Shown here piece by piece: positions 1 to 9,743 of a stretch of DNA of 64,000 nucleotides. Below the pieces are notes generated by a model that saw only the letters and a list, made by a program, of their open reading frames with translations, was not told the origin of the DNA and did no database searches. Origin of the DNA: Candidatus Sungbacteria bacterium RIFCSPLOWO2_01_FULL_47_32 (GTDB taxonomy: Bacteria > Patescibacteriota > Minisyncoccia > Sungbacterales > GWA2-42-14); assembly GCA_001820685.1 (NCBI GenBank), contig MHQP01000009.1, positions 808 to 64,807 on the forward strand, given 5' to 3'. The translations under genes and the position numbers were made by a program. Numbering within the stretch: the first letter of the stretch is position 1; the number at the start of each line of letters is the position of its first letter.

Positions 1-370
1 TCTTATGGCGGCAAACTCCGAATTCAAGTTTAATCTTTATGCCTTTATTATACACCCGAAGCGGCACTAATGTCAAGCCTTTTTGCGCCGATTTTCCGAT
101 GAGTTCGCGAATTTCTGATTTATGCAATAGAAGTTTTCTTGTTCTGTCCTGCTCGTAACCGCCAGGAGTATTTTTTGCCTGATACGGAGGAATAGAGGCG
201 CCGAGCAAAAAAGCTTCGCTCCCGCGGATAACGACGAACGAGCCCGAAAGATTCATTCTGCCGGAGCGCACCGCCTTCACTTCGTGCCCGAGCAACTCCA
301 AACCGGCCTCGTAAAGTTCGAGTATTTCATAATCGAAATATGCGCGTTTGTTGGTGGCCATCGGCTGCAT
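1..370 (-). CDS. smpB: SsrA-binding protein SmpB (3' end runs off the window)
   Basis: Manual translation of the minus strand from ATG 370: MQPMATNKRAYFDYEILELYEAGLELLGHEVKAVRSG...RTRKLLLHKSEI...GLTLVPLRVY. These are SmpB motifs. The ORF is absent from the track because it is truncated. Confidence 0.95.
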   Translation of the reverse strand, partial: MQPMATNKRAYFDYEILELYEAGLELLGHEVKAVRSGRMNLSGSFVVIRGSEAFLLGASIPPYQAKNTPGGYEQDRTRKLLLHKSEIRELIGKSAQKGLTLVPLRVYNKGIKIKLEFGVCRHK

Positions 371-509
371 ATGATAAGAGTATCCCAGAATATTGCATTT
401 TTGAAGAGGGAACAAGAGGCGATGAATGGAATAGAAAAATGCTTGAAATCATGAAAAAAATGTGATAGTGTACGCCCACTGTTGTTCCTTTAAAAAAGAG
501 GCATTGCTC

Positions 510-1928
510 ATGTGCGGAATCATCGGAGCTATTTCCGAGAACGGCGGAGTCGCGCAGGATATTTATCCCGGGCTTTGGTCGCTTCAGCACCGCGGGAAAG
601 AAAGTGCCGGCATTATTACATATGACGGGCAAAAGTATCACAAAAAGAAAGACATGGGAACGGTAGAAGTTGTTTTCGGGAATGACGCCCTCTTGGGCCT
701 TGCGGGAGGTGCCGGCATTGGGCATGTGCGCTATTCAACGACGGGGCCGAACTCGGCCGAAAATATCCAGCCGGTTGAGGGCTCGTTCCGGAGCATTCCG
801 TTTTGGATAGGACATAACGGCAACTTTACGAACACCGAAGAACTTCGCGCCGAGTGCGAGAGTAAAGGATATTACTTCAAAACAACAACCGACACTGAAG
901 TTCTTGCGGCCCTCATTTTCCTTCATGGGCTTGGAGGACAAAAAAGTTTTGAATATGCCCTGAAGCTTTCTCTCAAAAAGATCGAGGGAACATACTCCAT
1001 TGTCGTGCTCTATAAAAACACAGTGTACGGCGTTGTGGACCCGACTGCAAACAGGCCGCTTGTGTATGGGGAGGGAAGGGGTCTCCGGGTTCTTGCGTCG
1101 GAGTCGGCCGCGTGCGACGTTCTTGGAATAAAATATCTTCGCGATGTAGGCCCCTGCGAGCTCATTATTTTACAAACGACGCCCACCTATCTTCAAAGGG
1201 ACCACATAGGCGATCATGCTGACGACTCTTCTCTTAAACAAAAATTCTGCATTTTTGAATATGTTTACTTTTTGCGTCCCGACAGCAAATTTGACGGAAG
1301 AAGGGCTCAATCTACCCGGGAAGAAATGGGCAAGCGGCTTTGGAAAGAATCGCCCGTTTCGGCGGATATCGTCGTACCGATTCCGGACTCCGGAAACTTT
1401 GCCGCCTCCGGTCTTGCCACGGAAGCAGGGCTCCCTTTTGTTATGGCATTCTTTCGGTCGCACTATGTCGGGCGCACGTTCATCGAGCCCATTCAGGAAC
1501 GGCGTGAAAAGGGCCTTCGGATAAAACTCAATATTATTCCCGAGCTTGTTGCCGGAAAACGGGTTGTCATTGTTGATGACTCCATCGTTCGTTCTACCGT
1601 TATAAAAAAAGTCATCGCGATGCTTCGCGAAGCGGGAGCGAAAGAAATTCATGTTCGAATCAGTTCTCCTTCTTATACTCATCCGTGCCATTACGGCATT
1701 GATACCTATCGGGTAAAGAACGAACTCATTGCCAAACGCCACGGAGGCAATAGTGAAGCCATTCGAGAAGAAATTGGCGCGGATTCGCTTCACCATCTAA
1801 GCCTTGAAGGACTTAAGGAATCAGTGTGGGTTTCGCGCGACAAAACAGTCTCTCGTTTTGGAAAGGAACAGATGTGCGATGCATGTTTTTCGGGAACATA
1901 TCATATTCCAATCAAAGAAAGGAAGTAA
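510..1928 (+). CDS. purF: Amidophosphoribosyltransferase, [4Fe-4S] type
   Basis: N-terminal MCGI nucleophile, LQHRG, GHVRYST, HNGN and PRPP-binding VDDSIVR. Cys ligands in CIFEYVYF, PCHYGID and CDAC. Start reset to ATG 510. Confidence 0.95.
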   Translation: MCGIIGAISENGGVAQDIYPGLWSLQHRGKESAGIITYDGQKYHKKKDMGTVEVVFGNDALLGLAGGAGIGHVRYSTTGPNSAENIQPVEGSFRSIPFWIGHNGNFTNTEELRAECESKGYYFKTTTDTEVLAALIFLHGLGGQKSFEYALKLSLKKIEGTYSIVVLYKNTVYGVVDPTANRPLVYGEGRGLRVLASESAACDVLGIKYLRDVGPCELIILQTTPTYLQRDHIGDHADDSSLKQKFCIFEYVYFLRPDSKFDGRRAQSTREEMGKRLWKESPVSADIVVPIPDSGNFAASGLATEAGLPFVMAFFRSHYVGRTFIEPIQERREKGLRIKLNIIPELVAGKRVVIVDDSIVRSTVIKKVIAMLREAGAKEIHVRISSPSYTHPCHYGIDTYRVKNELIAKRHGGNSEAIREEIGADSLHHLSLEGLKESVWVSRDKTVSRFGKEQMCDACFSGTYHIPIKERK

Positions 1929-1941
1929 TGATAAAAATTAC

Positions 1942-1974
1942 ACCTGCTCCGATAGCCATCGGGACGGGTTTTTT
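1942..1974 (+). terminator. Intrinsic terminator after purF
   Basis: Imperfect hairpin acctgctccgat-agcc-atcgggacgggt followed by a T run. Confidence 0.7.
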
Positions 1975-2049
1975 GTTTGCACAAAAACTTGACTTAATGA
2001 TATCCTCATGGTACATTTTTTTTATGTTCTTTTAAGGTGGAGAGACTTC

Positions 2050-2325
2050 GTGGCAGAAGTTTTGTGTATAGAACCGAGTGATCGCGATATAAAACTTCAG
2101 GCAATTAAGGACTATGTCTGGCGCGAGCGGATGCGGAGTGATATCACAATTCTTGGATATACCTATCGGTTCGAACTTGGATGTTGGGGGTGTGGAGAAT
2201 TTTTTAACCTTGTTGAGTGCCAGCTTTTATCTACAAAAGAAGGATACGGCGGTTGGCAGGAGCTCAAACACGATGGCATACTCGACGGGGTGTATGAATA
2301 TGTAACGAAAGGGAGGCGCGGTTAG
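2050..2325 (+). CDS. Small hypothetical protein with a CxxC motif
   Basis: TTGACT-17-TACATT promoter (1989-2017) and GGAG SD before GTG 2050. Contains CWGC; hairpin downstream. Confidence 0.6.
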   Translation: MAEVLCIEPSDRDIKLQAIKDYVWRERMRSDITILGYTYRFELGCWGCGEFFNLVECQLLSTKEGYGGWQELKHDGILDGVYEYVTKGRRG

Positions 2326-2397
2326 CTTCTCTTATAAAGCGGCATTTTGCCGTTTTTTTCTTTTGCCTTATTCCCATTTTTTCGATAGAGTAAAGAT

Positions 2398-4110
2398 ATG
2401 ATACGCGAAGACATACGAAAAATCGTGCGGAATGCGGCCGAAAAAAAATTCGGCAATATTGGCGAGCCTGTTTTTACGGTTGAGGTTCCGGAAAATTCCG
2501 AACACGGCGACTACTCGACAAACATCGCGATGGCTCTTGCACGTACCATCAAAAAAAATCCGCTTGAAATTGCAGCGTTATTGACGGAAAGCTTAAAGGC
2601 TGAAAAGTTATTTTCCTCGGTCGCGGCTGCACCTCCCGGATTTATTAATTTCCGGCTGAATGAGGTAAATCTACTTTCTGAAATTCAAAAAAAGCTCAAA
2701 AACAAAAAAGCGTTCGGAAAAACTAATGTAGGCAAAGGCAAAACAGTTCTTGTCGAATACTTCCAGTTAAACATCGCAAAGCGCCCTCATGTGGGGCATC
2801 TTCGCTCTGCCGTTATTGGAGACGCCTTAAAACGGGTGCTTCTTTTGTCCGGATACAAAGCCGTTTCAGACACGCACGTGGGGGACTGGGGAACGCAGTT
2901 TGGGATTTTGCTTCTTGGCTTCAAAGAGGCCGGAATGTCCGTCAAAGACAAAAAAGTTTTGGCCGATCCATTTGGAGTACTTGAAGAGCTCTATATTAAG
3001 GAAAATGAAAAGATAGAAGCCGATTCGGACAGACGTGAGAAAGCAAAACTTGAGTTCGCAAAGCTAGAAAAAGGAGACAGAGAAAACAGAAAAATCTGGA
3101 AATGGATGGTTGATATTTCGATGAAGAATCTTGAAACATCAGCGCACCATCTCGGGCTTTTGAAGTTTGACGAACACAAAGGCGAAAGTTCATACGAAAA
3201 AGATATGCCAGGAATTGTGGCTCTCGCGTTTACAAAAAGGGTTGCTATAAAGAAAGACGGCGCTGCGATCGTTGACCTTTCGGACGAAAAACTTGACGAG
3301 GCGGTGCTTGTAAAGTCCGACGGAGCCTCAACATACCTTCTGCGCGACCTTGCGACAATTCAATACCGCGAAAAAAAGAAATATTTTAAAAACTTATATG
3401 TGGTTGATGTGCGCCAACAGCACCATTTTAGACAAGTTCATTTCGTTGCCGCGAGCCTCGGATTTAATTTTGAAGGAGAATCCCGCCTTGTTGAATTCGG
3501 CGCAATGACGCTTCCGGAAGGGAAAATGAGCACGCGCAAAGGCAACATTATTTCGCTTGAAAGTCTTTTGAAAGAGGCGGGCGAGCGGGCGCTCAAGGTC
3601 ATTAAAGAAAAAAATCCGGAATTGAAAAATATGGGGAGCGTTGCCGGAGCGGTCGGGCTTGGAGCCATAAAATATTTTGATCTTTCGCGAAACCGTAAAT
3701 CCGATATTGTATTTCGTTGGGAAGACGCACTTGCGTTTGAAGGAAATACCGGGCCGTATTTGCAATATACCCACGCGCGCCTTAAAAGCATTCTTAGGAA
3801 AGCGAAAAAAACGGTGAAGCTTCCTAAAAATATTCCGGTGTTGAGCGACTTAGAACACGAAATTCTTTCGCGTATTCTTTCGTTTGAAGAAGCTATCGAA
3901 GACTCTCTTGCGTCATATGCTCCGAACATTCTTGCGAACTACCTTCACTCGCTTGCCCAAAACGTGAATGAGTTTTATCATTCACACCCCGTTTTGAATG
4001 AACCGGATGAGGGCAAGAAAGCAGTTCGTCTGATGCTCGTTGAATCGTCTACAACCGCCTTAAAGCAAGGGCTTTGGTGTTTGGGGATTGTGGCGCCGGA
4101 AGAAATGTAG
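2398..4110 (+). CDS. argS: Arginine--tRNA ligase
   Basis: HGDYSTN, HVGHLRS, GDWGTQFG, KSDG..Y..RD, KMSTRKG, GNTGPYLQYTHAR and C-terminal PEEM. Confidence 0.97.
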   Translation: MIREDIRKIVRNAAEKKFGNIGEPVFTVEVPENSEHGDYSTNIAMALARTIKKNPLEIAALLTESLKAEKLFSSVAAAPPGFINFRLNEVNLLSEIQKKLKNKKAFGKTNVGKGKTVLVEYFQLNIAKRPHVGHLRSAVIGDALKRVLLLSGYKAVSDTHVGDWGTQFGILLLGFKEAGMSVKDKKVLADPFGVLEELYIKENEKIEADSDRREKAKLEFAKLEKGDRENRKIWKWMVDISMKNLETSAHHLGLLKFDEHKGESSYEKDMPGIVALAFTKRVAIKKDGAAIVDLSDEKLDEAVLVKSDGASTYLLRDLATIQYREKKKYFKNLYVVDVRQQHHFRQVHFVAASLGFNFEGESRLVEFGAMTLPEGKMSTRKGNIISLESLLKEAGERALKVIKEKNPELKNMGSVAGAVGLGAIKYFDLSRNRKSDIVFRWEDALAFEGNTGPYLQYTHARLKSILRKAKKTVKLPKNIPVLSDLEHEILSRILSFEEAIEDSLASYAPNILANYLHSLAQNVNEFYHSHPVLNEPDEGKKAVRLMLVESSTTALKQGLWCLGIVAPEEM

Positions 4111-4112
4111 TC

Positions 4113-4206
4113 TCGCTCGGAATAGGACAAATTTTTAACGCCTATATTTTATATTCTGTATTGACCCCACCGCCAGCCCGATTAAAAATTTGTCCTATTT
4201 CTCGCT
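4113..4206 (+). repeat. Dispersed hairpin element, copy 1
   Basis: Perfect 18-bp inverted arms (4121-4138 / 4182-4199) around a 43-nt core CGCC...TTGACCCCACCGCCAGCCCGA. TCGCT at both flanks. Confidence 0.9.
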
Positions 4207-4226
4207 TATGGCTTACTGAAGGAAAT

Positions 4227-4362
4227 AAATTTTTTCTCGCGCCTTTATTGCATATTCGGTATTGACTCCACAGCCCTTTTGCCCCTCACAAAAGCCCAGA
4301 GTTGTCCCCCTGATAACTCGTCGCGTTACGACCCCGACGAGAAAAAATTTTACAGTTTCGCT
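4227..4362 (+). repeat. Dispersed hairpin element, copy 2 (with three inserted hairpins)
   Basis: 13-bp arms (4227-4239 / 4338-4350). Core is CGCCTTTATTGCATATTC...TTGACTCCACAGCC[insert]CCCGA. Confidence 0.8.
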
Positions 4363-4388
4363 CGGAATAGGACAAATTTTTAACGCCT
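4358..4388 (+). repeat. Partial copy 3; exact 31-bp direct repeat of 4113-4143
   Basis: tcgctcggaataggacaaatttttaacgcct occurs identically at both positions. Confidence 0.9.
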
Positions 4389-4471
4389 TTGTTATAAATT
4401 TCGAGGAGGCTATTCATGGCTTCCTCTTTTTGTTATGATAGGGAAAGTTCTTCACATATCAGAGGTTTCAT

Positions 4472-5158
4472 ATGCTAAAAGCCCCTGTTTTTCGTTTGTT
4501 ACTAGGAACGGTGCTCATGGTATTTGTGCTCTCTTTTTTAGGAGTAACTTCCTATGTGTATTATGAGCCGCCAAAAGACGAATACACCGAATACGAGGAA
4601 CTTGTCTATGAGATGCTCTCGCCTCAGGGAGATTCGTCAGTTCCTGACTATCGCGACCTGTACCTTAAAAAGATCGCCAAGTACGAAGCGTTCATAAAAA
4701 AATATCCGAAGTCTCCCCTGGTGTCGGAAGCAAAACTCCGCATCGCGGAGCTCTACCGCGACGTTGACCGCGCGGAAATTTATACCTATCGCAAAGAAAT
4801 GTTTGACTGTGTCACGAGGGCAAATTTTGACGTAGCAACGGAAGAGTTCTGCATTGCAGATTTCTACCGCCGCTCCGGAAATCCGCGTGACCCGCTGTAT
4901 TTCGCAAAGGCGCAAAAACTTCTTGAAGAAATTGTCCGCGACTACGGACACAACCAGCGCTACGCGCTCACTGACCCAGGCCAGGGCCGTTTCGAATATA
5001 TCAACGAAGACGCGGGAGGATACGCGTTATACCTTCTTTCACAGGGGAAATCTCCCGAAGAAAAACTCAAAAATTATAGAAAAATTTTAAAAGAATACCG
5101 CGTACGGCCGGAATTCAAAAAGGTCGTTGAAGATTACGTGAGAAACTACGGAAAATAA
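4472..5158 (+). CDS. Membrane-anchored TPR/BamD-like helical protein
   Basis: N-terminal hydrophobic helix and TPR-like motif FIKKYPKSPLVSEAKLRIAELY. GAGG SD; terminator at 5157-5187. Confidence 0.7.
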   Translation: MLKAPVFRLLLGTVLMVFVLSFLGVTSYVYYEPPKDEYTEYEELVYEMLSPQGDSSVPDYRDLYLKKIAKYEAFIKKYPKSPLVSEAKLRIAELYRDVDRAEIYTYRKEMFDCVTRANFDVATEEFCIADFYRRSGNPRDPLYFAKAQKLLEEIVRDYGHNQRYALTDPGQGRFEYINEDAGGYALYLLSQGKSPEEKLKNYRKILKEYRVRPEFKKVVEDYVRNYGK

Positions 5159-5187
5159 ACGCTCCGATGAGCATCGGAGCGTTTTTT
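5157..5187 (+). terminator. Intrinsic terminator
   Basis: aaacgctccgatg-ag-catcggagcgtttttt. Confidence 0.8.
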
Positions 5188-5256
5188 GTTTGCCGCTTGT
5201 ATATAAGCCGGAACGGTGTTAGTCTTGAGTCAGTTCTTGCGAATGAGGAGTGCGCC

Positions 5257-5526
5257 ATGAACGTGTCAGATGTTCTCTTTTATCTCGGAGGAGTGTCTTT
5301 GGGAGCCGCTCCGTGGGTTCAGGTGGTGCGGATATTCCGTCTAAGGCGCGCGGATACGATGTCGCTTGCGGCCCTTGCGGGCATTGTGCTTGGACTTTTA
5401 GCAAACGAAATTGCGGCAGTTCTTATTGGCCAAAGAAGCCTTTTGATAGCAAACAGCGTTTCTCTTGTCGGATGGACTATTGTTCTTTTTCAAAAGATAT
5501 ATTTTGATATGCTCATCCGGCGGTAA
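5257..5526 (+). CDS. PQ-loop/SemiSWEET-like three-helix membrane protein
   Basis: About 89 aa with three hydrophobic segments. APWVQVVRIFRLRRADTMS resembles the PQ-loop motif, followed by LLIAN. GAGGAG SD before ATG 5257. Confidence 0.6.
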   Translation: MNVSDVLFYLGGVSLGAAPWVQVVRIFRLRRADTMSLAALAGIVLGLLANEIAAVLIGQRSLLIANSVSLVGWTIVLFQKIYFDMLIRR

Positions 5527-5599
5527 TTCCGCCGATTTTTATTGCCAAAACATTCTTCGGTCGTTTGATTTTAAGCGGTAAAGTGATATTATATGAAGC

Positions 5600-8500
5600 A
5601 TGCCGGACGATTCAAAACAACTAAACCTGCCCAAGCGCGAGGAAGAGGTGCTCAAGCTATGGGAGACAGAGGGCACATTTGAGAGGAGCCTTGAGAAAAC
5701 GAAAAAAGGAAAGCTTTTTACGTTCTTCGAAGGGCCTCCAACAGCAAATGCCGCTCCAGGCATCCACCACCTTGAATCGCGCGCCTTTAAGGACATTATT
5801 CCTCGCTATAAAACTATGCGCGGTTTTTTTGTTCCAAGAAAAGCAGGCTGGGACACGCACGGGCTTCCGGTCGAAATTCAGGTTGAAAAAGCCCTCGGCC
5901 TCAAGACAAAAAAAGATATTGAAGCATACGGTATCGCGGCATTCAACGAAAAATGCCGGGAGTCCGTGTGGCAATTCAAAGAAGCATGGGAAAAATCAAC
6001 CAAGCGAATCGGATTTTGGCTTGACCTTAAACAACCATATATAACTTACCAATCGGAATATATGGAAAGCCTATGGTGGATAATCAAAGAGATATGGAAA
6101 AAAGGACTATTGTATCAGGACTTCAAGGTAATTCCGTGGTGCTCCCGGTGCGGTACGGGGCTTTCAACGCATGAGCTGGGACAGCCCGGAGCGTATCGTT
6201 CGGTCAAAGAAAATTCCGTTTTTGTGAAGTTAAAAATAATGACCACGGGGCACACGAACGAATATCTGCTCGTGTGGACGACGACACCGTGGACGCTTTC
6301 CGCGAACGTTGCGGTCGCGGTCAATCCAAAAATAGATTACACAAAATTCAAGATTGGGGGCGAATACGTTTGGTCTGCCACACCGCCTCCGTACGGGCAG
6401 GGGGAGGAGATTGGGGTAATTGAAAAAGTTTCGGGGAGGTCTCTCCTTGGAATAATCTACGAACCGCTTTACCGGATTCCGAAAGAATATTCTCTCGGCG
6501 GCACTACCGAATACTCCGTTATCGGAGGAGATTTTGTTTCGACGGAAGACGGAACGGGCATGGTGCACATAGCGCCTGCGTTTGGGGATGAAGATATGAT
6601 TGCGGCAAAAAAAACATGGGGAGAAAAGTATCCGATATTCCATACCGTCAACCTCGACGGTACGATGAAGCGTGGCCTTGTTGGAGAAGGAAAATTCGCA
6701 AAAGATGCTGATGCTGAAATTGTGGAAGAACTTAAAAAGAGAGGGGTGGTGTACAAGGTAAAACCGTTCGAACATGATTATCCGTTTTGCTGGAGGTGTG
6801 GGACCGCCCTTCTCTATTTTGCAAAAAACGCCTGGTGGATAAAAATGTCGGGCTTCAAGGAAAAACTTCTTCAAAACAACGCGACAATCAACTGGGTTCC
6901 GGAACACATTAAAGAAGGGCGGTTCGGAGAATTCTTGCGAGAAGTGCGCGACTGGGCTTTTTCTCGCGACCGGTTTTGGGGAACTCCGCTTCCTGTGTGG
7001 CAATGCGAAGGATGCGGATATCAAGACATCATAGGCTCTTTTGGCGAACTTGATGCGAAAAGCGGGGGCGCTAAGAACAAATATTTGGTCATGCGGCACG
7101 GAGAATCAGAGTCAAATATACAAAATATCTGTGGGGCCAAGGATGGCTATTCGCTGACGCTCAAGGGCAGAACAGAAGTTGAAAAAGCGATTCGAATTCT
7201 GAAGAAGGAAAACATTGATGCCATTTTTGCTTCTCCGATAACCCGAACCAAAGAAACCGCAGAGATTGTGGGAGAATTCCTCGGAAAGACAATTCGCTAC
7301 GACGCGCGGCTTCGCGAGATTAACGTCGGAGACTTCGAAGGGCGGCTTGATCACCTGTATCATAGTTACTTTTCTTCGCATATCGAAAAATTCACCAAAC
7401 GCCCCCCGAACGGAGAAACGTTAAGTGATCTTCGCAGACGCATGATGGATTTTATTGAAGAAATCGAAAAAAAATTTTCAGGCAAAAAAATTCTTATCGT
7501 GAGCCATGAATATCCGATTTGGATGCTTGCAAGCGGCTCTCTCGGCTGGTCGAATGAAGCGACCATTACCGCGCACACCGGCACGAGGGCCGATGATTTC
7601 ATTGATTTTGCCGAGGTACAAGAGCTTTTGTACAAAAAATTACCGCGGGATAATACCGGCGCGGTCAACGTCCATCGGCCGTATAGTGATGAGTTTCGTT
7701 TGCCATGCCCGAAATGCAAAAAGTCGATGAAGCGCGTTTCAGAAGTCGTTGATGTGTGGTTTGACTCCGGGGCAATGCCGTTTGCACAGTCGCATTTTCC
7801 GTTTGCTTTCGAAAAAGGCTCAAAACCAAAAGAAAAACTTTTATTTCCTGCGGAATATATTTCCGAGGCGGTTGACCAGACGCGCGGGTGGTTTTATACG
7901 CTTCTTGCCGTCTCCACACTCCTTGGAAAAGGGGCGCCTTATAAAAATGTTGTTTCTTTGGGGCATGTTCTCGATAAAAATGGACAGAAAATGTCGAAGT
8001 CAAAAGAGAATGTCGTGCGCCCGGACGAAATGATACAAAAATACGGAGCCGACACAATCCGGTGGTATTTCTATTCCATCAACGCTCCGGGCGAGCCGAA
8101 GAAATTCGACGAGAAGGATCTGCAAAACAAACTCCGTGGATTTTTAGGGACACTCTGGAATAGTTTCATTCTTTTCGAAACATATGTTTCGAAAACAAAA
8201 CCCTCAGCGTCGAGCAAAAATATTCTTGACCGGTGGATAGTTGCGCGAACAAACGAGCTTGTTTCAACTGTTTCAAAAGGCCTGGATACTTACGATATTA
8301 CGGGAGCCGCGCGCGCGATAGAAGAGTTCACGATAGGCGATTTTTCAAACTGGTATTTGCGGCGTTCCCGAAGGCGTTTCCAGAAGTCTAAAAGCGCCGT
8401 CGAAAAAAAAGCAGCTACCGAAACAACCGCGTATGTTCTTCTTACTCTTGCAAAACTTACCGCTCCATTCATGCCCTTTGTGGCGGAAATTTTATGGCAG

Positions 8501-9085
8501 GGATTAAGAAAACACTGCGGATTCAAAGAAAAATCCGTGCATCTTTCCGGGTGGCCAAAGACGGAGTTAAGAGTTAAGAATGAAGAATTAAGAATTATTA
8601 AGGAGATGAAAATGGTGCGTGGGGTGGTTGCGGAAGCGCTGAAACTTCGGGCGAGTGTCGGAATAAAGGTGAGACAGCCTCTCGCTTCACTTCAATTCCC
8701 AATTTCCAAACTCAAATTTCAAAACACGAAAGAACTTTTCAGCCTAATAAGAGAAGAAGTAAATGTAAAAGAAGTTATTGACGGAAAAGAATTGAAACTC
8801 GATACCGTGATAACTCCCGAACTGAAAGAAGAAGGGGTTGCCAGGGAGGTTATACGAAACCTTCAGGAGATGAGAAAAGATCTTGGGCTTGAGCCGAAAA
8901 ACAAGATTCGCGCGCAGTTTTCATCTTCTTCGGAGCTTGAAGAGCTACTCTCGCGGCGGGAAAAGTTCATCAAAGAAGAGGCCGGAGCTACCCTCCTGGT
9001 TTTCGGCGGAAAAAAAGTATTTAAAGGAGAACACGAAGTTTTGGTAGACGGCGTGACACTTTGGATTGGGATTAGCCGGCAGTAA
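5600..9085 (+). CDS. ileS: Isoleucine--tRNA ligase (type 2) with an inserted histidine-phosphatase domain
   Basis: EGPPTAN.PGIHH, GWDTHGLP, WTTTPWTL, GTGMVHIAP, DWAFSRDRFWGTP, DVWFDSG, DQTRGWF and KMSKS. The RHG domain spans about 7070-7640. Confidence 0.95.
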   Translation: MPDDSKQLNLPKREEEVLKLWETEGTFERSLEKTKKGKLFTFFEGPPTANAAPGIHHLESRAFKDIIPRYKTMRGFFVPRKAGWDTHGLPVEIQVEKALGLKTKKDIEAYGIAAFNEKCRESVWQFKEAWEKSTKRIGFWLDLKQPYITYQSEYMESLWWIIKEIWKKGLLYQDFKVIPWCSRCGTGLSTHELGQPGAYRSVKENSVFVKLKIMTTGHTNEYLLVWTTTPWTLSANVAVAVNPKIDYTKFKIGGEYVWSATPPPYGQGEEIGVIEKVSGRSLLGIIYEPLYRIPKEYSLGGTTEYSVIGGDFVSTEDGTGMVHIAPAFGDEDMIAAKKTWGEKYPIFHTVNLDGTMKRGLVGEGKFAKDADAEIVEELKKRGVVYKVKPFEHDYPFCWRCGTALLYFAKNAWWIKMSGFKEKLLQNNATINWVPEHIKEGRFGEFLREVRDWAFSRDRFWGTPLPVWQCEGCGYQDIIGSFGELDAKSGGAKNKYLVMRHGESESNIQNICGAKDGYSLTLKGRTEVEKAIRILKKENIDAIFASPITRTKETAEIVGEFLGKTIRYDARLREINVGDFEGRLDHLYHSYFSSHIEKFTKRPPNGETLSDLRRRMMDFIEEIEKKFSGKKILIVSHEYPIWMLASGSLGWSNEATITAHTGTRADDFIDFAEVQELLYKKLPRDNTGAVNVHRPYSDEFRLPCPKCKKSMKRVSEVVDVWFDSGAMPFAQSHFPFAFEKGSKPKEKLLFPAEYISEAVDQTRGWFYTLLAVSTLLGKGAPYKNVVSLGHVLDKNGQKMSKSKENVVRPDEMIQKYGADTIRWYFYSINAPGEPKKFDEKDLQNKLRGFLGTLWNSFILFETYVSKTKPSASSKNILDRWIVARTNELVSTVSKGLDTYDITGAARAIEEFTIGDFSNWYLRRSRRRFQKSKSAVEKKAATETTAYVLLTLAKLTAPFMPFVAEILWQGLRKHCGFKEKSVHLSGWPKTELRVKNEELRIIKEMKMVRGVVAEALKLRASVGIKVRQPLASLQFPISKLKFQNTKELFSLIREEVNVKEVIDGKELKLDTVITPELKEEGVAREVIRNLQEMRKDLGLEPKNKIRAQFSSSSELEELLSRREKFIKEEAGATLLVFGGKKVFKGEHEVLVDGVTLWIGISRQ

Positions 9086-9186
9086 ACGCTAATAAATGAG
9101 CGCGGAAGTTAGTTTTACAAGGAAGTATTTAAAAAAGAGGAAAGCGGATAAATCCGCTTTTTTCTTTTGTATAAAAATGCGATAAT

Positions 9187-9729
9187 ATGGATATGCATTT
9201 TACCGACGGCATCATTTTAAAAAAAGACCAATACCGCGAAGCGGATTTCCTTATTACTGTTCTTACGAAAGATTTTGGAAAAATCCGGCTTGCGGCTCGT
9301 GGCGTTAGGAAGCAGGAGGCAAAACTTCGCGGGCATATTGAGGTTCTCATGCGTTCTTTTTTCGGGTTTGTTCTCACAAAAAGCGGGTACCGGCTAACCT
9401 CTGCCGATATGAAGGAATGCTATCCGAACATTCGTTCGCACCCCGAGCTCATGCGCGCGACATACTCTGTTTTCCGGCTGATTGATGCAAACACGTTTGA
9501 GGAGAGAGAAGACCCCCGCCTTTTTGAAATAACGTTGGCATTTCTTTTGGAGATGGAACGCGGGGACGACGTAACTCCCGAGGCTCTCAATGCCTGTTTA
9601 TACCGCTTTTATGCCTTGTTTCTTGATATTTCAGGGCTTCTTCCGGACCCCACCCCTCTTGAGACATCCGCTATCGACGCGATACTCGCAACACACCTTG
9701 GATTTAAAACGGAAACACTTCTGATATAA
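9187..9729 (+). CDS. recO: DNA repair protein RecO (start may be ATG 9193)
   Basis: RecO N-terminal OB fold: GIILKK..YREAD..ITVLTKDFGKI...ARGVRK..AKL. Confidence 0.85.
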   Translation: MDMHFTDGIILKKDQYREADFLITVLTKDFGKIRLAARGVRKQEAKLRGHIEVLMRSFFGFVLTKSGYRLTSADMKECYPNIRSHPELMRATYSVFRLIDANTFEEREDPRLFEITLAFLLEMERGDDVTPEALNACLYRFYALFLDISGLLPDPTPLETSAIDAILATHLGFKTETLLI

Positions 9730-9743
9730 TAGAAGGAGCAAGT

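Noticed and set aside
4113-4388. CRISPR array or integron attC interpretation of the hairpin repeats
   Set aside because: There are only two exact repeats, 245 bp apart, with no repeat-spacer periodicity and no cas genes. The RYYYAAC/GTTRRRY boxes and integrase expected for attC are absent.
6230-7099. 289-aa antisense ORF within ileS and similar antisense ORFs in other core genes
   Set aside because: They lie entirely opposite well-conserved genes and show no recognisable motifs or expression signals.
7070-7640. Intein in ileS
   Set aside because: There is no Cys/Ser start, His-Asn end or LAGLIDADG motif; the insert has histidine-phosphatase motifs.
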